A stretch of 62,992 nt of DNA, counting the filler, from Octopus bimaculoides (Eukaryota): NCBI RefSeq assembly GCF_001194135.2. It is 5 parts of 5 records of this genome, joined end to end, with 100 filler letters (N's around TTAATTAATTAA, not from the genome) between each part and the next. Parts side by side here need not be neighbours in the genome. Positions count along the whole stretch, not along the records: positions 53,077 to 56,629 come from NW_026330466.1; positions 56,730 to 60,765 come from NC_068987.1; positions 60,866 to 62,992 come from NC_068984.1; 2 more parts are not named here. One strand, 5' to 3'. Position numbers and translations under genes: made by a program. Shown here one piece after another: positions 53,615 to 62,992 of this stretch. Below the pieces are notes generated by a model. That model was not told the DNA's origin, did no database searches, and saw nothing but the letters and a program-made list of their open reading frames with translations. Positions within the stretch are counted from its first letter, which is position 1; each line of letters begins with the position of its first letter.

Positions 53615-56137
53615 TCTATTTATCTATAAAAGGCAGGACATGTATGTGTGTGTGCGTGAACGTAATTTTTGCACGTCCACAAATTAGCAAGCATGTCACT
53701 TAAATTTTAGGACAACATTAGTCACAAACATGGCTGTGTTTTTGTCAACTTATTTTTCCCAAAGCACCTGTGGATAGTGGTAAAAATCGATTTTCAACCA
53801 TACCTTTTACCAATTTCCACATCAGTGAAATCATTGTTTACTAACATGAGTTAAGTCCCCTGCAATGGCATCTATTACACCGAAAGAAAGAAATGTATAT
53901 ATAGTTTTAATTATACAGGAAGATAATGATGAACCACTATGAAAGAAATGTATATATAGCATACATATAGTCTATGTATATATTTAATTTTTCTATATAT
54001 TTCATTTTATATGAAATTTTGAATGTTAGATAATTAATGTTGGTTTATTCAGTTAGTAAACAAAAACCTAAGGATGATGTAATTAGCAACTAGCACATTT
54101 TGTTTCTTAGTTTCTGTTTGTTTCAATATTTAAATTCTTTATTTCACTGTTATTTTCAGCCACAACATTCTCATTCTTTTCTGTTTATGAAATTCTCTGT
54201 GTGTACTTTTGCTTTCTCGGTGGTCGAAGCAAATCAATGACTTTGTGCTGTGGCCGTTTTTCTTCCTATGTGATTTAAGGCATTTTTTGATATGTGACAT
54301 TTCAACATTAGAAATGTGTTCCAAACATGCTATTCAAGTTTGCTGAAACTTATCTCCTGCCACTCAAAACAACAACTCAAATGAGATAAAGAGTACATGC
54401 ATTACAACAACAAAAGCAAGTGTGTGTTTGTGTGTGTGTGTGTGTGTAGACTTACAATATATCCTATTGCTAAGAACATTTTAAAAATCATTCAATAAAA
54501 CTCAAATGGGATAAAAAATATACGCTTTATCCGCCTAAACAGTACAACGGGACTTGCTTGGTAGTCAAGTCCCTGATGCCCCACTTTAATGAGGCCACCA
54601 TTGTTATGGGTATGGGAGGGAGGAAATGTTTTCATTTCAAGGATGCACCTTTATCCCTCGGGGTCAGACATGCCATTTAACATCTGTAGATCGCCATGTC
54701 CATCAACAAATCCCAAGGCAAAACACTATTGGTGGCAATCATCCATTTGGGGGAGCCATGCTTTTCACATGGACAACTTTATGTGGCCTGCTCCCATGTG
54801 GGGAGTAGAAACACTCTTTTTGGGTATGCTCCACAGGGCAGAACATGCAATGTTGTCCATAGCGAAGTTTTATAGATGTAGAAAGGACAAGTCATCATTG
54901 CAGCCAATATGATTATAAACAGGTGATACAGAAGCATTGGCTGGACATATTCTCAAACCATGGCAGTATGACTCATGGACTCTTCCTCTTATTTATTGGA
55001 CAATGCTGACTTCTCCAACAACAATGCTCACTCAGCCAATATCAGTGCTTGGCCAAGTTGCTTATAGAGTTAGGCTAGAAGAGCCAGGCCCCTTATTTTT
55101 TTGTTAAGGCTGTTGGTAAGTTTTCCTAAGTTACTCCAATCCGGATCCCCAATGCAAACCTTCGAATCAACCTTCTCAAATGCATAAATACAACCTTATC
55201 CAATCCAAATCTTTGAGTAAACCTTCACTGCAGATCTCCAATGCAAACCTTTGATGCAACCTTCTCCAATGCAGATCTTCGATGCATTCTTGACTGATAG
55301 TACCCCGAGGACGGGGTAGGACTAGATCGGGATTAGTTGCTGCCTTTTCAAAGCTCCCGGGGCCCTTTTCACTAGGTTAGCTTAGGCAAAGGTTAAGGCT
55401 TAGTTGTGATCCAAACATAACCTCTTCTGACACAGAGGGTCGGAAGCTCTTTTGGGCATTCTATTTTCCTTGCAGGAAGAGCTCCCAGTCCATGGTCCAA
55501 GGAAGGAGGGTTAGATGATAGGGGTGGGGTTCGAAAGGGCTGGCATATGCAACCTGACCACCTCTACCGGTCAAACTCCCAGCCCATGTGCTCCCGTCGT
55601 GACACTGATTCTGCAGAACTGGGTTGGGTGTGAAAACCAAATTTAAAGTATAAATATAGATGTTTTTGAATCAGCAATGTTGTGTTCGGTTAAGTCCTAT
55701 TTGGGGTGAAAAATCAATAAACTGATAACTTATGGGGTTTTCCATTGAATCGGGATGAAAATTCGATAAACCGTTTCCTTATAGGATTTCCCACTAAAAT
55801 TGGCTACACCCCATTTTCAACCATAACTTTTACCAGTTTTTACGTATTTTGTTCAAACTTGATGCTGGCATTACTTAGGACTTGTAGGATCTTTGAATAC
55901 TTTACATTCTCCATAAAAAAAGAAAAAAAACAATCGATGAGTGGAAATATCAATAAAACGGTTCCTTATGGATTTCCCAATCAAATAGTCTGCAAACTAT
56001 TTTCAGTCAGATGTTTACAAATTTCAACAAATTTTGCTCAAATTTAACGTCAATGTAACTTAGTTTGGTTTGAAAAAAGTGCTTGATTAGCTTAATAATC
56101 CTAACTTAATCCCAGGCAATGCAGGGCTATACTGCTA

Positions 56138-56138
<1 letters not shown>
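53615..56138 (+). mobile_element. Internally deleted Helitron (~2.5 kb)
   Basis: 5' A|TCTATTTATCTATAAAAGGCAGG...tgtgtgtg; 3' hairpin cccaggcaatgcaggg then ctatactgCTAA|T (CTRR). It carries an internal Pif1-like helicase remnant and the subterminal motif ttttcaaccataYcttttacca at both ends (~53790 and ~55815). Confidence 0.8.
54531..54875 (+). pseudogene. Helitron RepHel Pif1-like helicase C-terminal remnant
   Basis: PPKQYNGTCLVVKSLMPHFNEATIV/GGNVFISRMHLYPSGSDMPF/AMSINKSQGKTLLVAIIHLGEPCFSHGQLYVACSHVGSRNTLFGYAPQGRTCNVVHSEVL*. These match the canonical NGTRL, AMTINKSQGQ and FSHGQLYVA motifs. Confidence 0.92.
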
Positions 56139-56171
<33 letters not shown>

Positions 56172-56350
56172 CAGTGAATGTACAAGTATATATATATATA
56201 TATATATATATTCGCCAGTCCCCAGTCAAATCGTCCAACCCAGACTAGCATGGAAAGCAGACATTAAATGATGATGATATGTATGTATATATACATGTAT
56301 ATGAATGTATGTGTGTGTGTGTATGTATATATATATATATATATATACAC

Positions 56351-56629
56351 AGGGAGCGACTGAAGGCACTAGGTCTCTACTCCCTGGAGCGCAGGCGGGA
56401 GAGGTATGTAATAATATACATATGGAAAATACTGGAAGGACTGGTGCCAAACTTTGGTATCAAGTACTACAGGAATGCCCGCACGGGTCGCCACTGCATG
56501 GTGCCAAAGGTACCGTCCACTGCATCTCACATAAGAACGAGATACTGCAGCAGCCTCGGTTTCAGAGGACCTCAGCTCTTCAATGCCCTGCCAAAACATT
56601 TGAGAGACATGCAAGACATGGATGCGGAG
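56351..56629 (+). mobile_element. CR1-clade LINE, C-terminal ORF2 fragment
   Basis: RERLKALGLYSLERRRERYVIIYIWKILEGLVPN...TGRHC...SLGFRGPQLFNALPKHLR. Confidence 0.9.
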
Positions 56630-56729
56630 NNNNNNNNNNNNNNNNNNNNNNNNNNNNNNNNNNNNNNNNNNNNTTAATTAATTAANNNNNNNNNNNNNNN
56701 NNNNNNNNNNNNNNNNNNNNNNNNNNNNN
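56630..56729. other. Artificial scaffold-join spacer
   Basis: N44-TTAATTAATTAA(56674-85)-N44. Confidence 0.95.
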
Positions 56730-56946
56730 ATAAAAAAGTTAGAGTTGTTTAACGAAACCAGCCTAAATTTATGATTATGTTAGAAATTAATTGAAACACA
56801 TAAGGGGTGTAATTTGGTTAGAAATATGGTAACGAAAGGGTAACGAAATAATAAGAGTGAAAAGTTGAATATTAATTTTATTAATATCAATTTAAAACCA
56901 GTGGCCTAGCAAATTGAGAAATTTGAAGATTCAGAAAAATTATATT

Positions 56947-57095
56947 ACATACATAAAAGAGGGATGACCACTAAGTGGACATCCCTTTTGCTAGAATTTT
57001 CTTGAGAACAATCTTTTCTTAGTGGTCAGACCGTAGGTGGTCTTCTTCTAGCAAAAAGGATGTCCACTTAGTGGTCATCCCTCTTATATGTATGT
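56947..57095. mobile_element. 149-bp fold-back (MITE-like) with 50-bp arms that are themselves palindromic
   Basis: Arms 56947-56996 and 57046-57095 match at 48 of 50 positions; the left arm contains the near-palindrome gggatgaccactaagtggacatccc and the right arm its reverse complement with one change. Confidence 0.85.
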
Positions 57096-57123
57096 AAATG
57101 TATATATATGTATATATACATAT

Positions 57124-57216
<93 letters not shown>

Positions 57217-57230
57217 CATATATGTATACT

Positions 57231-57540
57231 CTAGCAGAAATACCTGGCGTTGCCCAGATTAAAGAGAACAATGAAATTTTAAAATGCCATCTAGATTACG
57301 CAGGTTTCAATACTTACTTTCTACATTAATAACTCTCCAACCCATGTCAGCATGGAACATAGACGTTAAGTGAAATGTCAAAAGAAAGTTTTCAAGTCAT
57401 ATATGTATACAAAGTAACTATACATAATTCAAAAGCATGCTTGTGCAATTCTACCCCCGCCCCCCAAAAACAAACAGGTACAAATTATAAATAATGAAAG
57501 ATCGATTTTGGTGATTCATTTGGCAGATTTTGGTGATTCA

Positions 57541-57620
<80 letters not shown>

Positions 57621-58113
57621 AGTTAGACAAATAAGACAGATATATATAGATAAGATATAGACAGATAGATACAGATAGATATATAGAGATGGATAGAGAG
57701 ATATAGAATAGAGAAATATAGAAAGATAGAGATAGACAGAGAGAGATGGATAGAGAGATATGGACAGAGCGATATGGGTAGAGAGATAGAGAGAAGTAAA
57801 TATTTTAAAAAACTTTTAAAGACGTGAATCTGATATAAAAAAGCAATATTTAAATTTTTTATGACTAATGGATAAAAGGAGACAGTCAATTTCTGAAAGT
57901 TACTTCGCAAAGAGTTACGTCCCTTCTCTATGTAACCCAAGAACGGGTTTTCTGCTCCCAGGGGGGGGGGGGCTGTTACTCATTCTGTGAAACATTTTAA
58001 GAGTCTAAAACCATCCATAAGTAATGTATGCTCCCAGTGTGGATGAAATCAGTTACAAAATACGGCCGTCATAATCTTCTACACACACAGACAGAACGGG
58101 ATTTATATATAGA
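57231..58113 (-). mobile_element. Non-autonomous Helitron
   Basis: Minus 5' TCTATATATAAATCCCGTTCTGTCTGTGTGTG; minus 3' ctgggcaacgccagg hairpin then tatttctgCTAG; internal (GA)n. Confidence 0.75.
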
Positions 58114-58229
58114 ATATGTATATGTATGTATGTACGTATATATATATATATATATACACACACATACATACATACTAAGGCAGCACTAAAATGGCTATAC
58201 CAAAATGTTTCATGCACAATTACCAACGC

Positions 58230-58680
58230 TTGTATTTACCTCTAAATGTTCGCCGCGAGAGTCGACGTCTTGCACGCGACAAGAAGATGCAAACAAAAGT
58301 CCTGTCCACATTGGCTTAACTTTGGTTTCTACGGTCATTACCCGAACGCTTCTTGCAAGGGTTTCAAGTATTGACTATTTATCGTTAATAATTGCTATCA
58401 GGTATTTTAGTTGCTCCACCCATTCTAGTTTCTGTCCTTTTATAGAGATGTCTGTTGAGATGTTACCGTTGGCGTTTGACATGATCATGTTTTATTTTAT
58501 TTCATTTTTCTGCCCTGATTTCCATTTCCGCACTTGGAGAAATTCTGTCAAGGCGGTTGACTGATTCCATCAGTTCCTCTTCCATTCTTGTCAGTCCATC
58601 AATGTCATCAGGAAATCTTAGATTTGTTACCTTCCTACGTTCGATATTGTTAGTTTCAGAATCGGAGATTTTAAGTACCT
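58230..58680 (-). mobile_element. RTE-clade LINE reverse transcriptase fragment
   Basis: RKVTNLRFPDDIDGLTRMEEELMESVNRLDRISPSAEMEIRAEK..MIMSNANGNISTDISIKGQKLEWVEQLKYL (FADD-motif region). Confidence 0.9.
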
Positions 58681-59054
58681 TAAACACTTACACATACATA
58701 CATACATACATACATACATACATACATTTATATATGCGCGTATAGTTATCCAGTTATTTAGTTACGTTTACACACCCGCACACGTGCATGTGTGTCCTTA
58801 CAGAAGAGCAGAAAGAAACGCGAAACATCAATATCTGTCTCTCTCATTCACTTCCGGGGCGACGTAGCTTTGAAATAGGCTGTGTTTTTGAACACGATGT
58901 CTTTAAAGGAGTAGTGTATCTTTGTAGTATTTAATAACACACATAGATCACATACATTAAATATGTGTGTGTGTGTGTGCGTGTGTGTGTGTATGAATGT
59001 CTAGATTTGACGATTTAACCAGGAAAATAAAACTCTATGCATGAGTATATATCT

Positions 59055-59095
<41 letters not shown>

Positions 59096-59147
59096 CAATG
59101 ATAATAATAATAATAATAATAATAATGATAATAATAATAATAACAAT

Positions 59148-59197
<50 letters not shown>

Positions 59198-59199
59198 CC

Positions 59200-59232
<33 letters not shown>

Positions 59233-59521
59233 GTAATAATAATAATAATAATCCTTTCTGCTATAGGTGCATGCCGGTAATTTTAGAAGAGGGACACAGT
59301 GCTCGGCTTATAAATGTTATCAAAAAGGCGAACCGCAAGGTTAACCTGCCGAGGTCGACTTTGCTGTTCATTCTTTCGGAGTCAATAAAATACATACCAG
59401 TCAAGTACTGTGGTTGCTGTAATCAACTCCGCTCTTCTCCACGAAAATTTCCATAATAATAGTAACAGCAACAACAAGAACAAGCACAACAACAACAACA
59501 AAAGCAATAATAATAATTATT

Positions 59522-60087
59522 ATTTCTTTATTGCCCACAAGGGGCTAAACATAGAGGGGACAAACAAGGAGAGACAAAGGGATTAAGTCGATTACATCCA
59601 CTCCAGTGCGTAACTGGTACTTAATTTATCGACCCCGAAAGGATGAAAGGCAAAGTCGACCTCGGCGGAATTTGAACTCAGCATAATAATAATAATAATA
59701 ATAATAATTTCTACTTTAGGCTAGAGGCCCGAAATTTTGGGGGAGGGTGCCAGTCGATTAGATCGACCCCAAGTGCGCAATTGGTACTTAATTTATCGAT
59801 CTCGAAAGAATGAAAGGCAAAGTCGACCTCGGCGGAATATGGACTCAGCATAATAATAATAATAATAATAATAATTTCTACTCTAGGCTAGAGGCCCGAA
59901 ATTTTGTGGGAGGGTGCCAGTCGATTAGATCGACCCCAAGTGCGCAATTGGTACTTAATTTATCGATCTCGAAAGGATGAAAGGCAAAGTCGACCTCGGC
60001 GGAATTTGAACTCAGAACGTAGCGACAGGCGAAATACCGAAAAAAGCATTTCGTCCAGCACGCTAAAGATTCTGCCAGCTCACTGCC
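59522..60087 (-). mobile_element. SINE-A triplet containing a 167-bp tandem duplication
   Basis: Units 59682-59848 and 59849-60015 share private variants (ggctagaggcccg, caattggt, gatctcgaa). Confidence 0.9.
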
Positions 60088-60708
60088 TCAATGGTGACGA
60101 TGATGATATAGAAAGAGATACATATATCTAATGCACACAGATGTGTGTATATATAAATATGTGTCTATGTATCAATGTGTATGTGTGCATGCTTTTATCA
60201 ACCTAATAGTGAATGAATGAATGAATAAATAAATAGGGGACATGATTTGCACAGCTTAATGTTGCAGTTGTTCTTGCTGCATAAAATTAATGAATGTTTC
60301 GTTAGATTTTACATGTCAAATCCACTCATTGTAAACGATCGTCTCTGTCAACCTGCCATAATGAGATAGACACAGTGCACGAGGGAACAAAAAAATTGTT
60401 TTCTTATGTCATATACATGTATCTGTGGGCACGTGTGTATGTGTGTATGTGTGTATGTGTGCGTGTGGACGTATGTATGCACATAAGCATACATATACAT
60501 CTGTATATAAATATGCATACAAATATGAATAAACACATACACATTTATACATATATATATGTGCACACGCACACACATACACACATGTAAGTATATATAT
60601 TTATGTGTGCATATGTATCTTTAAATGTATTTATACATACATACATACATACATACACACACACATATATATATATACACATGTATATGTACATATACTT
60701 ACATACAA

Positions 60709-60752
<44 letters not shown>

Positions 60753-60765
60753 CTATGTATATATA

Positions 60766-60865
60766 NNNNNNNNNNNNNNNNNNNNNNNNNNNNNNNNNNN
60801 NNNNNNNNNTTAATTAATTAANNNNNNNNNNNNNNNNNNNNNNNNNNNNNNNNNNNNNNNNNNNN
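60766..60865. other. Artificial scaffold-join spacer
   Basis: N44-TTAATTAATTAA(60810-21)-N44. Confidence 0.95.
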
Positions 60866-61537
60866 AGAACGGGAGAGGGTAGATGAGAGGAAGAGAGCAT
60901 GCAGAAGTGAGAGAGAGAGACGTTGAATATTGATTGAAAAAGCGTGGTGGTGGGGGAAGGAGAAATAAAGGAGGAAAGGAATAAACGTTGAAAAGTAAGA
61001 ATGTAGGGAGGGGGAAACCAAAGTGACAAAGCAAAGAGCAAAAGGTAAGGAGAAAGAGAGAGAGAGAGAGAGGGGGGGAGGAGGAGGAGGGAAAAGAAAA
61101 GAATAAAAATACATCATGAAGTGGCAGAGAAAGGAAATGCATATGTGTGTGTACGTGTGTGAAACTGCGCGCGTGTGTTTATGTTTATATATATATATAT
61201 ACAGACATACACACATACATATATATGCGTGCGCGTGTGAAGAACCGAAAAGAGGGAGAGGGAGAGGGAGAGAGGGGAAAGTAAGAACGAAGGAGAATGT
61301 AGGGAGATGCGCAAAGCAAAAGAGAAAAGCGGAAAAGAAATTATAAGCATGCGCATTTATAATAATAGTAATGCGTGAGTTCGTTTGCGCATGTAAGACG
61401 TACGTGATTAGTTACGTTTGTACCCGATACTCTGGATTTACAGAGCTTTTAAGGGGATAGATAACGGACATGATGTGTTAATTGTTCTACTTATACAAAT
61501 ATATACGACTGACTGTAGATTCGTAAATGAAAGCAAG

Positions 61538-61652
<115 letters not shown>

Positions 61653-61758
61653 ACTTGGGGATGGTCATATTGCCAGTTTAGCCAATAAAAACACACGCAC
61701 TGTATATTTGGTGTTAATTTGCTTCAGCTTTATATTACATTAATCTTAATCTTATTTC

Positions 61759-61803
61759 GGCCAGAGTTCTTTCGTCACACTTCTGTGACCTCATCAGTAG
61801 TCC
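61759..61803 (-). ncRNA. Type I hammerhead-like ribozyme with canonical core
   Basis: GGACUA-CUGAUGA-G-GUCAC(AGAAGU)GUGAC-GAAAG-AA-CUC-UGGCC. Perfect 5-bp helix II, CUC triplet, imperfect helix I. It lies in a ~165-bp block beginning after TA repeats at ~61645. Confidence 0.75.
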
Positions 61804-61860
61804 TTTGTTTCCTTCTTTCTTGTGTGTGTCTCAGCTTGCTAACTATCAGCCATTTTGCAA

Positions 61861-61900
<40 letters not shown>

Positions 61901-62164
61901 TATGTGTACCCACACACATACATACGCACATACACATACATATTTATATATATAAACGCACAAATGCTTAACTTCTCTTCCCTTGATTTTTTTTTGTATC
62001 CGACAAAGGACCATATCCGAAGCGTTATACTTGCACTCTATAATTTCTTCCCTTCTTTGAACGACAACCCTATTCTATTAACTGTGAAATCACATGGACT
62101 TCAGTTACTTTTAGTATTTGATTTTCTTTACTCCTGGTGTTTGGCTTGCTTATATAAATATGCA

Positions 62165-62992
62165 TATATTTATATATATGCATATCGTCGCAAAAGAGAG
62201 ATTAGAGCAATATCGATAAGGTTTAGGAAAGAAGTAGCGTTAGTAAGAATTAGAAAGGAGGAGGGGGTTATAGCTAAACTAGACGAGGTTATTTGTAATG
62301 CCATTGCAACCGATGTGCTAGCAGCGAGAATGGCATTAGACCAGTTCTTCAATGTGAAACTTGAAGGTTGCATTGTCAGGCACTCACTACCCTCTACCAG
62401 TTGGGCAATGCGATCAGTGGAACATGTCCACTCTCGAATTCTATAGAGGGTTAGTGGAGGGAGTGAGCGACGACGCTCTAGGCGTCGACGAAGTCGAACT
62501 GACCAGTCTGTTCAGGAGGACTTTCGAGCTGAGGACGGGAGGGGGCACTGCCAGTTCGAAATAAACTCTACAGGTACGGAAGTGCTGTCAGACGGACCTG
62601 CCCGAGATTGCGCGCAGAGCGACGAAACGGTTCTGCACGCCCTCATCCAGTATCCGTGCATTACTCGCTAGTGGAGTTATGTTGAACAGCTGTTATCACG
62701 TGTAGGACGGATCCGGCTATCGGCCGAGTTCATCTGCCACCTTCCATTGGCACGGAAGGGCAGACAATTTTCCTCTGTCTGATAGCAGTAGCGAAAGAGG
62801 TTGTATGATAGACCAGGTTGAAAGGATTGAAGACAGACGCTTTTGTCTTTGGCCAATCCCTCATCACCTTTTTCAGATTTCACTTGGAAAGAAAGATGAG
62901 GGTGGAGAGAGAAGTACATTTGCTAAAAGGTGGGTAAATGTAGCGAAAATAGCTCGTGTGAGTGGACCTGCTCTAATAAAGCGCCTGTAGGC
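62165..62992 (+). mobile_element. Tx1/L1-clade LINE derivative lacking the RT domain
   Basis: Pre-RT block REIRAISIRFRKEVAL...LDQFFNVKLEGCIVR is followed within tens of bases by post-RT STLEFYRGLVEG..., the zinc-knuckle TCPRCAQSDETVLHALIQYP, and WSYVEQLLSRVGRIRLSAE...FHLERKMRVER...FAKRWVNVAK. Confidence 0.85.

Noticed and set aside
59001-59456. Poly-N/poly-I/poly-T ORFs, and similar ones at 21010, 40645, 41903 and 43546
   Set aside because: Translations of (AAT)n, (AAC)n and (TAC)n arrays with no flanking coding signal.

Overview
AT-rich, microsatellite-saturated, gap-riddled animal genomic DNA, most consistent with an octopod cephalopod. That assignment is inferred from SINE/LINE families and repeat style, not from a search. 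There are no prokaryotic genes, rRNA, real tRNA genes or CRISPR arrays, and nearly all ORFs in the supplied track are artefacts of N-gaps or microsatellites. Most of the window is transposon debris: a Penelope-like element (GIY-YIG, CxCx5Cx5C linker), RTE, CR1, Tx1 and two RLE-type non-LTR families, mariner and maT-like Tc1/mariner remnants, two Helitrons, a Helentron-type HINE and at least three SINE families. Two signals stand out. (1) At least seven type I hammerhead-ribozyme-like motifs occur in several unrelated sequence families. They include an inverted pair forming a 366-bp fold-back and a ~170-bp non-coding element flanked by 51-bp direct repeats. Most have a self-complementary helix III and a non-standard A9/helix II junction. 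(2) A probable host gene on the minus strand has a GTAAGT donor at 51505 that is phase-compatible with an acceptor at 30460, implying a ~21-kb intron, and read-through of that donor gives an alternative His/Ser/Pro/Gln-rich C-terminus. Four 100-nt spacers (N44-TTAATTAATTAA-N44) are artificial scaffold joins, so adjacency across them is not sequence-supported.
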